In this document: positions 30,137-40,617 of the stretch, in pieces
Position numbering within the stretch: position 1 is the first letter of the stretch
How the letters are laid out: each line of letters starts with the position of its first letter
NCBI GenBank assembly: GCA_041744215.1
Contig: JBGTLG010000022.1
Location: 1-64,000 of the forward strand
DNA from: Fimbriimonadales bacterium
GTDB lineage: Bacteria; Armatimonadota; Fimbriimonadia; Fimbriimonadales; ATM1
Direction of reading: 5' to 3'
DNA: 64,000 nt
Notes under the pieces: generated by a model
What the model was told of the DNA's origin: nothing
Databases searched by the model: none
The model's input: the letters and a program-made list of their open reading frames with translations, nothing else
Program-made: the position numbers and the translations under genes

Positions 30137-30165
30137 AAGTATCTTCCTGTGGACAGCTGAGTGTT

Positions 30166-30242
30166 TGGTGGGCCCAGGTAGATTCGAACTACCGACCTCG
30201 CCCTTATCAGGGGCGCGCTCTAACCAACTGAGCTATGAGCCC
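30166..30242 (-). tRNA. tRNA-Ile(GAT)
   Basis: Cloverleaf, anticodon loop CTGATAA, CCA. Confidence 0.97.
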
Positions 30243-30299
30243 ACAGGCGAGCGCGGAGTATACCTTGGCAGCGATGGGCGCAGATATAATGTCCACAAA

Positions 30300-31421
30300 A
30301 TGAGGGTGCAGGTTGCGGTCTCGCTTTGTGCGCTTGGAGGCACGGTTTCGGCTTGCATTTGGGATTCGGATACCCTTGCTGCCGAAGCCAAAGGCTTGCC
30401 GGGAGTTATAGAAGTTATCTTGGGGAGAGTTGATCGCAATCCTCCGTTGTACTATGAGATGCGATTGGAAAGGGTATCTGCCGTTTTGTCCACCGATCCG
30501 AGAAACCTTGAAGCATACGATGACGCGGCAGTCGCCTGCGATCGCCTTGGAAAATCTGACGAAGCGATCGACTGGATGCGCAAGAAGAAGGCGACGCTCG
30601 ACCTAATGCCAGACAGTCCGTCGAAGTCCGAGCACTTGTATCGTTACTTCGCCAACCTCGGTACGTTCGAGGTCCATCGATGGTTTGGAGATCCCGCAAA
30701 CTACGACGACGTGACGCTGCTCGAAAGCGGAATCAAAAATCTTAAAGAGGCGGTAGATATCAACCCGGACGCGCACTTCGGCCGCGAACGTGTTCAGATT
30801 CTGTTGTTGGAAATGTTTTTGGCCGACCGTAATGGCACCACCGATGAGATGCGGATGCGATGGCATTTGGAGCTGAGGGATGATGCTGATAGGCTTGTGG
30901 AAGGCTTGGTTGGCTTAATGGCACTGGGAAGTGCTTGGGAAAGCATCGATGTCATATCCCTTCTTGGCAACGCGCTTCAAGATCAGGGGAATGGTGTGCT
31001 GAGTTTCTTTGCGCTCCTTCGAGTCGAAGAGCTTCAAAGCTCGGGAAGAAAATCGATCTTCTCAGATGTTCGCTCAATCGGAGTGGGTGGCTCGACAATC
31101 CGTGACAACAGGCAAGGATCGCTCAAGAAGTCGTTCAGAGATTTGAGGGATCGGATTGACGAAGTGAATCGATACCGCGAATCCTTCATGTTGAAACGCC
31201 TTGAATCCGGACGACATCCTGATACCGATCCGTCGTTTTGGAATGGCTACGAGCCTCCAGAACTGCCGGACCTCTCAATCTATAATGATCCAGAGAGGTT
31301 TCTGCACGACGGTATGTCTGCGACCGTCGGTGGCGTCATTATCTTCGTCGCTGTCGTCATGACCTTCGCACTTTTGTTGATAGGAATTCGAAAGCGACGA
31401 ATGGCGGCGAAATCGCTCTGA
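30300..31421 (+). CDS. Exported helical-repeat protein with C-terminal TM anchor
   Basis: Signal peptide, TPR-like helices, C-terminal TM plus RKRR; TATAAT upstream. Confidence 0.7.
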   Translation: MRVQVAVSLCALGGTVSACIWDSDTLAAEAKGLPGVIEVILGRVDRNPPLYYEMRLERVSAVLSTDPRNLEAYDDAAVACDRLGKSDEAIDWMRKKKATLDLMPDSPSKSEHLYRYFANLGTFEVHRWFGDPANYDDVTLLESGIKNLKEAVDINPDAHFGRERVQILLLEMFLADRNGTTDEMRMRWHLELRDDADRLVEGLVGLMALGSAWESIDVISLLGNALQDQGNGVLSFFALLRVEELQSSGRKSIFSDVRSIGVGGSTIRDNRQGSLKKSFRDLRDRIDEVNRYRESFMLKRLESGRHPDTDPSFWNGYEPPELPDLSIYNDPERFLHDGMSATVGGVIIFVAVVMTFALLLIGIRKRRMAAKSL

Positions 31422-31444
31422 AAGGTAGAATCGTCCTCCCTCGT

Positions 31445-31520
31445 GGGGGCATAGCTCAGCTGGGAGAGCACCTGCTTTGCAAGCAGGGGGTCAGGGGTTC
31501 GAATCCCCTTGCCTCCACCA
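31445..31520 (+). tRNA. tRNA-Ala(TGC)
   Basis: Cloverleaf, G3:U70 pair, anticodon TGC, CCA. Confidence 0.97.
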
Positions 31521-31566
31521 AGTTTCACCGAAGATTCCCATATTTGGATATCATTCCTAGACAATC

Positions 31567-33807
31567 ATGCTTGGAATGAAGCCGATCATATTATTTGCGT
31601 GTGTCGCGTGCTGTCTCGCGTCGGTCGCAAACGAGCCCTACACACCGTCTCGCGAGGAAGTAGCCCGCGCATACCAGCGCGCCTCTGAGATAACCCGTGC
31701 AAGGAATACGGTACTCAACTCCACTCTCACGCCCAACTGGATCGGAGGCGGCAGTGCGTTTTGGTACAAGAAGCAGCTATCAGGAGGCAGGCACGAGTAC
31801 GTCCGAGTCAATTCCGAGACTGGAGGAAAGTCTCCGCTCTTTGATCACGCAAAGATGGCCGAGTCGCTCACCAAGGCGTTTTCCACAAACATCGACGCGA
31901 CGCGCCTGCCTCTCGATGAAATGCGAGTAGCGACCGACGAGAAGACGCTGACCGTAACGCGTGAATCGCAAAACTGGCTTGTCAATCTCGAAACCTACGA
32001 GTGCACTCGTACGTCGAGCGAATCGCAAGGGCAGCAACAGCAAGGGGGCAGGTCTGGGCACTCGCCCGACGGCAAGCTTCGATACGAGTTGCGTGATGGC
32101 AAGATCCAAGTGTTCGAAATCGGAGCGACCACACCAAAGTTCGAGACTACGTTAGCTGATTATGCATCCGCATCTTGGGCGCCGAACTCTAGGCATATAG
32201 CGGCGTTTCGAGTGATCCCCGGCGATCGAAAGCAGGTGTTTCTTATCACGTCCTCTCCGCAAAGCGGCGGCCGAGCAACGTTCGTCGCTCGAGACTACGA
32301 CTTGCCGGGAGACAAGCTGGATACGTACGAAACAATCGTCATCGACGCACAGAGCGGATCCGAGACAAAGAGCGATCTCGAGCCGTTCTGGACCGGAGGA
32401 AGGCCCTGGGCAAGTCCTCCGCGCGCACAATGGCGCGGAAGCGAAAACAGGTTCCTTCTCCAGTTCACAGAGCGAGGGTATCAAGCGGTTCGCATAGTTG
32501 CTGTCGATCTTGAATCAGCCAAAGCCACGACTCTTATAGATGAAAGATCAAGCACCTTCGTCGACACCACTGCTCTGATTCGACGCGATCTAACGCGAAC
32601 AAATGAAACGATCTGGCGATCGGAGCGTGACGGTTTCGGCAGACTTTATCTGCACGACCTACAAACAGGCGCGCTAAAGAACGTCATTACGCCAGCGGGG
32701 TGGGTCGTACGTTCGATCGAGAACATCGACGAGGGCTCACGCACGATCACGTTTAGTGCGAACAACACGCGCCAAGATCAAGACCCGTACTTCATCCACT
32801 TCTTCCACGTTGATTTCGACGGAAAGAACCTCGTGCGCTTGACCGATTCGAACGGTCAGCACCGCGTCAACTTTTCCCCGAATCGAAAGCGAATCGTCAC
32901 GACGTGGTCACGTGTAGACTCCCCACCAGTTCACGAACTGCGCGATGCTGAAACCGGCAAGCTGATTTCGATTGTCGATGAGGCGGATACAACTGCCTGG
33001 GCAGGGTTCGGGATCCGACTTCCCGAAGTTTTCGTGGCGAAGGGGCGTGATGGAGCAACGGACATTTGGGGCATCGTGTGCAGGCCCCGTGATTTCGACC
33101 CAGAAAAAAAGTATCCGATCATCGAAAACATCTATGCAGGGCCGCACGACTCGTTCGTGCCAAAGACCTTCTCGCCGGTCATGCGCATGCAGGAGCTTGC
33201 TGAACTAGGGTTCATTGTCGTACAAATCGATGGTATGGGAACTCGCAATCGGGGCAAGAAGTTTCACGATATCTGTTGGCAGAACATAGCGGATGCAGGC
33301 TTTCCCGATCGAATTCTATGGATGAAAGCGCTTGCGGAGAAGTACTCGTATATCGATATCGAGCGAGTCGGCCTGTATGGAACGTCTGCGGGTGGTCAAA
33401 ACGCGGCGGGCGCGCTGCTGTTTCACCCGGAGTTCTACAAAGTTGCGGTCTCGTCGTGCGGTTGCCATGACAATCGCATGGATAAGTTCTGGTGGAACGA
33501 GCAATGGATGGGTTATCCGGTTGGCAAACATTACGAGGAGCAATCGAACATCACGAACGCTTCAAAGCTCCGAGGGAAGCTGCTGCTGATAGTTGGCGAA
33601 GTTGACACGAATGTTCCACCCGAGTCGACCATTAGGTTTGTAGATGCGCTAGTCAAAGCGAACAGAGACTTCGATTTCCTATTGATCCCTAATGCCGGTC
33701 ACACCGATGGAGGAGCGTACGGAGAGTCACGGCGTAGAGACTACTTCGTGCGTCACCTTCATGGAGCTGAACCTCCCGACAGGAACGCGAATCCAACTCG
33801 TGGCTAG
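31567..33807 (+). CDS. S9 family dipeptidyl-peptidase IV-like protein
   Basis: Signal peptide, beta-propeller, GTSAGG, DTNV and GH catalytic motifs. Confidence 0.92.
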   Translation: MLGMKPIILFACVACCLASVANEPYTPSREEVARAYQRASEITRARNTVLNSTLTPNWIGGGSAFWYKKQLSGGRHEYVRVNSETGGKSPLFDHAKMAESLTKAFSTNIDATRLPLDEMRVATDEKTLTVTRESQNWLVNLETYECTRTSSESQGQQQQGGRSGHSPDGKLRYELRDGKIQVFEIGATTPKFETTLADYASASWAPNSRHIAAFRVIPGDRKQVFLITSSPQSGGRATFVARDYDLPGDKLDTYETIVIDAQSGSETKSDLEPFWTGGRPWASPPRAQWRGSENRFLLQFTERGYQAVRIVAVDLESAKATTLIDERSSTFVDTTALIRRDLTRTNETIWRSERDGFGRLYLHDLQTGALKNVITPAGWVVRSIENIDEGSRTITFSANNTRQDQDPYFIHFFHVDFDGKNLVRLTDSNGQHRVNFSPNRKRIVTTWSRVDSPPVHELRDAETGKLISIVDEADTTAWAGFGIRLPEVFVAKGRDGATDIWGIVCRPRDFDPEKKYPIIENIYAGPHDSFVPKTFSPVMRMQELAELGFIVVQIDGMGTRNRGKKFHDICWQNIADAGFPDRILWMKALAEKYSYIDIERVGLYGTSAGGQNAAGALLFHPEFYKVAVSSCGCHDNRMDKFWWNEQWMGYPVGKHYEEQSNITNASKLRGKLLLIVGEVDTNVPPESTIRFVDALVKANRDFDFLLIPNAGHTDGGAYGESRRRDYFVRHLHGAEPPDRNANPTRG

Positions 33808-33821
33808 CGTAGCAGCCCCTG

Positions 33822-34469
33822 CTACACCTTCGGTTCCGTGAGGAGCGGGTTGATGGGATACGTACCCATCTTGAAGTGCGGTCCGTCCCCCGCTCGATTA
33901 ATCGCGACAGGTCGCTGATCGAGCGTCTCCCAGATCGGAACGCCGAAGTGCTGCACCCACATCTCTCGATACTGCGGGTATCCACCTGTGTAGACCTTCC
34001 AAGCGAGTTGACGATCCACTGGATCGACCCCAACTTTGAAGGAGTACCATTGAAGCCAATAAAGTATCTGCCCTGTGTCGTATAGCCACCACTCGTTGTC
34101 CTCGAAATACTCGAACTGTATGTTTTTCTTGATTCGTTCCAAATCGGCGCGCCAACCGCGATAAGTTGCTCCAGTAAAGTAACCCTTTTTATTCGAGTTG
34201 TCTAAGACGAGTTGGCCCCAGCTGAGAGCTTCGATCGCAACCTCTCGACCTTCGGCAGAATTCCAAGCGTCAACTCCACCGCGTGCCGACACGTCAATGT
34301 CAGTCGGCTTTGCGCCGACAACCGCGCCGCCTTGTGCGGTAGGCACAGTTGCAGGCCGAGGACTAGCCGCTGCAGGCTGAGGAGTGACGGTTACCTCGGG
34401 TTCGCCGCAGCCCGCGGCGATAATCGCGGTGAACAGAAATAGGCTTGAGATCTTGTGAGTCGTATTGAT
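33822..34469 (-). CDS. Hypothetical lipoprotein; start uncertain
   Basis: Lipobox IAAGC followed by a Pro/Ala/Thr linker. Confidence 0.6.
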   Translation of the reverse strand: MNTTHKISSLFLFTAIIAAGCGEPEVTVTPQPAAASPRPATVPTAQGGAVVGAKPTDIDVSARGGVDAWNSAEGREVAIEALSWGQLVLDNSNKKGYFTGATYRGWRADLERIKKNIQFEYFEDNEWWLYDTGQILYWLQWYSFKVGVDPVDRQLAWKVYTGGYPQYREMWVQHFGVPIWETLDQRPVAINRAGDGPHFKMGTYPINPLLTEPKV

Positions 34470-34579
34470 GACGATCCTCGTTCCAAACGGCGAATCTCGC
34501 CGCGTGTCAATACATTTAACTCCACAGCGTAAAGCACTGTTCGTTACGGCCCACGGCGCGCCGCTAAAAGTGGCAGAGA

Positions 34580-35200
34580 TTACCGGGGCGATTCCATCTC
34601 TGTTTTCAGTGCGGCGAACGCATCCGACCAAGCTCGTCGAAGACCGTCGGCCTCTTCACGAGATAGTATGCGATTGTGGTTAAGCGTCAGCCCGGTCTTG
34701 CCGTTTCCCTTGTCAGCAAACAGAACGTCTACAGTCGTCTGGTCGCCCGCTCCGTTGGTCTTCCAGCTGAAGCGCAGATCCTTCTCTTCGCGAACCCGCG
34801 AGTACTCGCCACCGTTCCCATTAGCGTCGCTGATTTTCCCGCCCACCTTGGGATCACTCTGCCCGGCGTCGCCGAACCATTTTGCGAAAGACTGCCCACC
34901 CCATGCTGAAAAAACTTGCGCCAACGGGGCGGCAATCGTCTTAGTCACGCAGATGTTGTAGCCTTCGGCCCTCCCGTCCTTCTGAACAATGCCCTTCAGC
35001 TTCTCGTACTCGACCCAAACTGTCGTTGGCCACCAAGCGTCCTTCCCCATCGTGTCATACATCCACGCGATTGCATTCCTGCGCTGACCCGCAAAGCCGC
35101 GCTCCTCAATCGCCGATAACCACTCCTTGATGTACTTACCAGTCATTCGAGCACACTCTGCGTCATCTATAACATGGTCTGATTTCAGATCGACTTTCAC
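34580..35200 (-). CDS. SRPBCC/AHSA1-domain protein
   Basis: VTKTIAAPLAQVFSAW...LRFSW...W C-terminal helix. Confidence 0.75.
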   Translation of the reverse strand: MKVDLKSDHVIDDAECARMTGKYIKEWLSAIEERGFAGQRRNAIAWMYDTMGKDAWWPTTVWVEYEKLKGIVQKDGRAEGYNICVTKTIAAPLAQVFSAWGGQSFAKWFGDAGQSDPKVGGKISDANGNGGEYSRVREEKDLRFSWKTNGAGDQTTVDVLFADKGNGKTGLTLNHNRILSREEADGLRRAWSDAFAALKTEMESPR

Positions 35201-35348
35201 AGCAGGAAACCTCCGTATCGAGATTGATTATCCCGAAAACGCTCGGCCGCTTGGGAAGTAAGACCCTAATTCCGCACAATCGGCAAGACCTAATCTTGTT
35301 ACCGGTGGAAACCGTCCGTCGTCGAACGATGTATACCAGGCTAATTCT

Positions 35349-36179
35349 ATGGAAGAGACAGGAACTCACTTCAGTGGCACAGTTATTCGCGAGCGGACCG
35401 TCGGCGGCTTGCGGTTCATGGAAAGCTATCATTCCCCAGGCAGTCTGCGCGGTCGCCACGGCCACGGCGTCGCTTTCATTAACACGATGCTCGCTGGAGC
35501 CGCCGTCGAACGTGTCGCCAACGGACCCGAACATGTTTACCGCCCATACCAACTGGTGTTTCACCCCGAGAACGAGGAGCACGCATGCCGAATCGGCCCC
35601 AAGGGATCAATCTCATTTGGAGTGATCATCCCGTCTGAACAGTTGCGCCTCATCAGCGAGTTCTGCGAAGTTGGGCGCATCCCCCTGGCCTTGACTGGTG
35701 AGCGATTCAACTGCCTATGCGGGCAGATGATTCAGGAGTTTCGTTCAGATGACCCGGCATCCGAGTTCGGATTGCAAGCGGCCTTCTTCGAACTTGCCGG
35801 CGAGATTGGACGCTTTTCGAGGTTCCAAAGGGATCTGCGACCCCAGCCGTGGCTTGAGAAGGCTCGCGAGATGCTGCACTCCAGACATGCAGAATCACTG
35901 TCGTTAGCAGAAATCGCAAAGGCTGTCGCGATACATCCGGTGCACCTGGCACAGGAGTTTCGCAGATTCTTCGGAATGCCCGTTGGGGAGTACGTCCGGT
36001 CGATCCGGGTGCAAGAGGCGAGGGTGATGCTGATCAAGTCGGAGCACCCGCTAGCCGCAATTGCCGCGCACTCAGGATTCTATGATCAGGCCCACTTCTC
36101 GAAAGTGTTCAAGAAGCAAACAGGAGTGACGCCAGCGGGCTTCAGGAAGATGTTCGGCCGTACCGCGCACTGTCGCTAG
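35349..36179 (+). CDS. AraC-family transcriptional regulator
   Basis: Cupin N-terminus; HPVHLAQEFR...GFYDQAHFSKVFK. Confidence 0.93.
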   Translation: MEETGTHFSGTVIRERTVGGLRFMESYHSPGSLRGRHGHGVAFINTMLAGAAVERVANGPEHVYRPYQLVFHPENEEHACRIGPKGSISFGVIIPSEQLRLISEFCEVGRIPLALTGERFNCLCGQMIQEFRSDDPASEFGLQAAFFELAGEIGRFSRFQRDLRPQPWLEKAREMLHSRHAESLSLAEIAKAVAIHPVHLAQEFRRFFGMPVGEYVRSIRVQEARVMLIKSEHPLAAIAAHSGFYDQAHFSKVFKKQTGVTPAGFRKMFGRTAHCR

Positions 36180-36193
36180 CGGTCCGCGCTCAG

Positions 36194-36829
36194 TTAGTGG
36201 CCGTGTCCCTCGTGGCCAGGCGTCTCCGGTTGTGCAGGCTGCGCTCCCGCTTCTCCTGGCTGCGTTGGCGGAGCTGCCTCGCCCGAACGCTCTCGCTCAC
36301 GCTGCTTGAGTATCTCCTTCCAAGCAGGGTGGAACTCCTTGGGCACGTAGGTAGTCGTCCCCACCGACATCCAAGGAAGCTCAGGTTCGTCGTCTACCAC
36401 TACGGTGCCGGCTTTTCCGCTCTGAGGGTCGTACTCGCCGAATAGCCTCGCCATCCCAATCCCATTCCAAGTAGCTTTTAGGTCGCCCCCGAACCACTGC
36501 AGGTGCCGCCACTTGCCCTCGATGATCGCTTTCCCGGAACCAAACCAAACCGTTCGGCCATGCCCCTCGTATTCCTTGCGAACATTCCCCTCAAAGACAG
36601 GGGGCGCGCCCTCGAAATCGTTCAGAAGGACGGTCCCCCTGAATTCCATCTCGATCCGCCCCTCTCCCTGGAGCATGAACGAGCCTAAGCTGGATTCCAT
36701 ACGCATCACGCCCGGAGTTACGGGAGTGGGCTCGGCTGTAGGCTCTTGCCCACCTTGCGCAAAAACGGCCGCTGTCAATATCGCGGCTGAGGCGATCGCG
36801 CCAGCTCCAAACATCGAAAATCTGCTCAT
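36194..36829 (-). CDS. Exported hypothetical protein with His-rich tail
   Basis: Signal peptide ending VFA; C-terminal GHEGHGH. Confidence 0.65.
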   Translation of the reverse strand: MSRFSMFGAGAIASAAILTAAVFAQGGQEPTAEPTPVTPGVMRMESSLGSFMLQGEGRIEMEFRGTVLLNDFEGAPPVFEGNVRKEYEGHGRTVWFGSGKAIIEGKWRHLQWFGGDLKATWNGIGMARLFGEYDPQSGKAGTVVVDDEPELPWMSVGTTTYVPKEFHPAWKEILKQRERERSGEAAPPTQPGEAGAQPAQPETPGHEGHGH

Positions 36830-36911
36830 CGGGTTCTCCAAACGAAACATCCCTGCACTCGGTTCCCCATTGTACCGGCGGCGAATCGCCAACGTATTCT
36901 AAAATAGAGAA

Positions 36912-37286
36912 GTGAAACCCGGGGCGATCATCGCCGCAACAGCCGCCGTCGCAGGAATCGGCGTCAGCATTTTTGCTTTCGTCGCTGGCGCGACACCCTA
37001 TGTCTCCGCCAAGGAGGCGCAGTCTACGCCGGGGCGGAATGTCCACGTCGCTGGCGAAATCCTTCACCAGACTGCCAGGCTCGACCTTCGGACTGGACAC
37101 TTCTACTTCGAACTCGCGGACGACCACGGAACCCGACTTCCGGTCGAGTACCACAACGGCAAGCCAGGAAACTTCGACTCAGCGCCCAAGGCATCCGTGA
37201 TCGGGGCGTACGACGACGGTCGCTTCGTGGCAACGCAGATCAAGACTCAGTGCCCGAGTAAATACGAGAGCTCGCCTAAAGGCTAA
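36912..37286 (+). CDS. ccmE: Cytochrome c maturation protein CcmE (CxxxY type)
   Basis: C-terminal QCPSKY. Confidence 0.88.
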   Translation: MKPGAIIAATAAVAGIGVSIFAFVAGATPYVSAKEAQSTPGRNVHVAGEILHQTARLDLRTGHFYFELADDHGTRLPVEYHNGKPGNFDSAPKASVIGAYDDGRFVATQIKTQCPSKYESSPKG

Positions 37287-37295
37287 GCCACCTAA

Positions 37296-39641
37296 ATGCA
37301 AGATCATCTTCCTCTTGCCCCCCAGTGGGGTCTAACCGTCGGCTTGCTTGGCAAAGGGCTGATCTTCGCAGCAATCACGTTTTACGCTCTTGCCGCACTC
37401 ATGTGGCTTTTGGGTCGGGGAAAGCTCGCGAAGCCCGCGTTTTGGCTAGCGACGGTCTGTACCGTTGGCGCGATGGCCGCTCTAATCTCCCTGCTCATGG
37501 GGAAGCAGTACGCCTTCCAGTACGTTTGGCGCAACACCCAAAACGATATGCCCGAGGTCTACCGTTTCTCGGCAGCGTGGGCAGCGCAAGAGGGCAGCTT
37601 CTTGCTGTGGGCAATGATGAGCGCCGTGTTTGCCGCGCTCGCCGCGCCGTTCACTGGCCCCGACAGAAGATGGTTCACGGTGATAGCAAGCTCCGCCCTG
37701 ATCTTCATGCTTGCGATCCTCGCCTACGAATCGCCCTTCAAGATTCATCCAGAACTGCTTGAATCCGCGATCGCTGGCAAGATCGTGATGCCGCCGGACG
37801 GAAATGGCCTCAATCCAACCCTCATGAACTACTGGATGGCCATTCACCCGTGGGTCATTTTCATCGGATTCGGCAGTCTCCTCACGCTCTTCGCATGGGC
37901 TGGCTCAGCGGCCTGCCGCCGCGACCCGAAGTCATGGGTTCCGCGGGCCCGTCCGTGGGCGCTCTTCTCGATGACGTTCCTCGGACTTGGCCTCACTATG
38001 GGCGGGCTGTGGGCATATGAGACTTTGGGTTGGGGCGGTTTCTGGGCGTGGGATCCCGTTGAAAACGTCAGTCTCGTCCCATTCCTCGCCGCAGTAGTCC
38101 TGATCCACGGCATGTATCTCCAGTCGAATCGTGGAGCATGGTCCAGGTGGAACATCTTTCTCGCGCTATTGCCCTTCGCGTGGTTTGTCTATGGCACTTA
38201 CCTCACGCGTAGCGGCGCGCTTGTCAACGTTAGCGTCCACAGTTTTGCCGAGATGAACCAGGGTGCCCACGGAGTTTTGCTAGCCATGGTTTCGCTCGTC
38301 TGGTTGGCGACAATCGCTGGCGCAATCGTCGCTTTCACGTGTCGTCGGCTTGCTGTTCCCGAAGCGAAACCTGAAAGCCCTCGAGCAACAGGAATGGGCA
38401 TTGGGATGTTCGTCCTCTACTCGATCGCGCTGATGGCGGCATTCGGGATGTCACTGCCCTTCTTCGCTTCCATGCTAAAGGCGGAATCAAAGATTGTCGA
38501 AGAGGCGCGTTACAATCAGATTGTTGTCTGGGCGTTCGTTCCCGCAATGCTGCTTATGGCGGTTGTCCCGTTCTTGGGATGGGCGCGCAAACCGGCGCGG
38601 TCGAATGCGCTTGCAAACGCCCTCCTTCTTTCGGTTGCACTCACAGGAGCGGTGACCGGTTGGCTGGTTGTCAACGGAATGACCATCCACGATGGCGAGA
38701 AGCTGCCCTTCTTGCAGCTCATGATCTTCTTCTCGCTTGTGTGGGTCACGCTCTTCGCAATCTCGGGCAACCTGCTCCGCGCGTTCGAAAGAGTGCGGGC
38801 GAAGACCTGGAACATAGGTCCGTACATGACGCACGCGGGCGTTTCTACACTGCTGCTTGGACTCATCATCTCTCGCGCTTTCGAAAAGGTAGACGACTCT
38901 CTCGTTTCGAGCAATCAGCCGGCAACGTTCAATCTCGCCCCTGGGAAAACCTACATCGCAATGCTCGACGAAAACTGGATGGAGCCGTTCCTGACCGAGT
39001 CGATTGCCGATCCCAATCACAGACTCCACTTCACGATGCTCCACATCGATGATGCCAAGCAGGCCCAGTTCAATCCTATCTTCTACTTCAATCAGCGAGA
39101 CAGCAACTTTGTTGTCCGACCGGAGATCATGCGTCGACCCCTATATGATCTCTACTTCTACGTCCGCAGTCTCCTTGTAACCTATGGCGAGCCACTGAGT
39201 CTTGAGCCGGGGGACTCAAAAATGCTTGCCGGATTCAACGTCAAGTTTGTCAAGCCGACAATGACAGGTGAACCCGGTCAGCCTGGAACGACGTTCGGCG
39301 CAGAGCTCGAAATCGAACGCGAAGGAACAACCGCGATGGTCACACCGACGATGGAGCTTGACGAGCAAGGAAGAGTCAATCGCCCAATCACGCGAGTGTT
39401 CGACGACCTCAACGTCGTTCTTGAAGGCCTCGATGCCACAACAAAAACCGCGACAGTTTCCCTCAACCTTCCTGAGCCCATGTTCTCGACGGAACTCTTC
39501 TACAAACCACTGACGATCCTCGTCTGGATCGGCACGGGTATGATGACGTTCGGTGGCTTTATCACCATTAACCGGCGTCGAAAAGACGCTAAACAACTTC
39601 GAGCGGAAGCCGATGCGACTGATCCAACTCCTGAAAGCTAA
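37296..39641 (+). CDS. ccmF: Cytochrome c biogenesis heme lyase CcmF
   Basis: WGGFWAWDPVEN, SVHSF. Confidence 0.92.
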   Translation: MQDHLPLAPQWGLTVGLLGKGLIFAAITFYALAALMWLLGRGKLAKPAFWLATVCTVGAMAALISLLMGKQYAFQYVWRNTQNDMPEVYRFSAAWAAQEGSFLLWAMMSAVFAALAAPFTGPDRRWFTVIASSALIFMLAILAYESPFKIHPELLESAIAGKIVMPPDGNGLNPTLMNYWMAIHPWVIFIGFGSLLTLFAWAGSAACRRDPKSWVPRARPWALFSMTFLGLGLTMGGLWAYETLGWGGFWAWDPVENVSLVPFLAAVVLIHGMYLQSNRGAWSRWNIFLALLPFAWFVYGTYLTRSGALVNVSVHSFAEMNQGAHGVLLAMVSLVWLATIAGAIVAFTCRRLAVPEAKPESPRATGMGIGMFVLYSIALMAAFGMSLPFFASMLKAESKIVEEARYNQIVVWAFVPAMLLMAVVPFLGWARKPARSNALANALLLSVALTGAVTGWLVVNGMTIHDGEKLPFLQLMIFFSLVWVTLFAISGNLLRAFERVRAKTWNIGPYMTHAGVSTLLLGLIISRAFEKVDDSLVSSNQPATFNLAPGKTYIAMLDENWMEPFLTESIADPNHRLHFTMLHIDDAKQAQFNPIFYFNQRDSNFVVRPEIMRRPLYDLYFYVRSLLVTYGEPLSLEPGDSKMLAGFNVKFVKPTMTGEPGQPGTTFGAELEIEREGTTAMVTPTMELDEQGRVNRPITRVFDDLNVVLEGLDATTKTATVSLNLPEPMFSTELFYKPLTILVWIGTGMMTFGGFITINRRRKDAKQLRAEADATDPTPES

Positions 39642-39975
39642 AGTCCATCATGCGCGCGTTACCTACGCGAACCCTGACTACGTCGGAAGCATAGAGATGT
39701 GCCCCGACGTGATGGAGCGTGTCGGTTTGAAAAATGGAGAGTTTGTCAACATTTGGGACGTCGACAACGCCGAACGCTTCTCGACTTACTGCTTCGCAGG
39801 CGAGAAGAAAACGTTTGGAGTAAATGGAGCCGCCGCCCACAAAGTTCGCGTTGGCGACCGTCTCATCATCGCGGCGTTCACTTGGACCGACGAAGAGGTG
39901 ATGCCCAAAATCGTCTTGCTCGACGAGACAAATGTCATCGTAAGAGATATGGTTCCCTATGACCGAAATGGTTAA
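39613..39975 (+). CDS. panD: Aspartate 1-decarboxylase
   Basis: LKAKVH, YVGS self-cleavage site, RFSTY, NGAAAH. Confidence 0.92.
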   Translation: MRLIQLLKAKVHHARVTYANPDYVGSIEMCPDVMERVGLKNGEFVNIWDVDNAERFSTYCFAGEKKTFGVNGAAAHKVRVGDRLIIAAFTWTDEEVMPKIVLLDETNVIVRDMVPYDRNG

Positions 39976-40534
39976 CCTCAAAGCGTTGCTCGAAGAAACC
40001 GGCGCGATCCTAAAAGGGCACTTCAAGCTCACATCAGGACGACACAGTGACACCTACTTCGAGAAGTTTCGCGTACTTGAGAGGCCAGATGTCATCGAAG
40101 CGGTCGCAAAGACGATCGCAGATAGGTTTAGAGAAAGCGGTGCGCAGGTCGTCGTGGGGCCGACCACAGGTGGAATCATCATCGCGTTTGAAGTTGCGAG
40201 GCAGATGGGGTTAGGTTCGTTGTATGTCGAGCGGGAAGACGGCAAGCGTATCTTGCGCCGTGGTGCCGATATCGCTCCTGGGACAAAGGTGCTCGTCGTC
40301 GATGACGTTCTGACTACAGGGGGCAGCGTTTGTGAGGTTATCGCGCTTCTCAGAGGGAAGGGAGCGGAAATTGTCGGCGTCGCCGTACTCGTCGATCGCA
40401 GCGAAAGCGTCATAGACTTTGGTGCGCCCTACTTCGCAGGAGTAAAGGTCGACGCCAAGAGTTTCGCGCCAGACGACGTCCCCGAGTCGCTTCGAGCGAT
40501 TCCGATTCACCAACCCGGTACCCGGAACCTATAA
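39959..40534 (+). CDS. pyrE: Orotate phosphoribosyltransferase
   Basis: GHFKLTSGRHS, VVDDVLTTGGS. Confidence 0.95.
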   Translation: MTEMVNLKALLEETGAILKGHFKLTSGRHSDTYFEKFRVLERPDVIEAVAKTIADRFRESGAQVVVGPTTGGIIIAFEVARQMGLGSLYVEREDGKRILRRGADIAPGTKVLVVDDVLTTGGSVCEVIALLRGKGAEIVGVAVLVDRSESVIDFGAPYFAGVKVDAKSFAPDDVPESLRAIPIHQPGTRNL

Positions 40535-40617
40535 AGGGAGCGGTCGCATTGATAACGACCGCCGGTATAATCCTGCGCTCAGGGAAGACGCGTCAGGGCG
40601 CGTCCAGCGCCCATCGT

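Noticed and set aside
30165-30299. N-terminal extension of the 418-aa ORF
   Set aside because: It is the antisense of tRNA-Ile; the signal peptide begins at ATG 30300.
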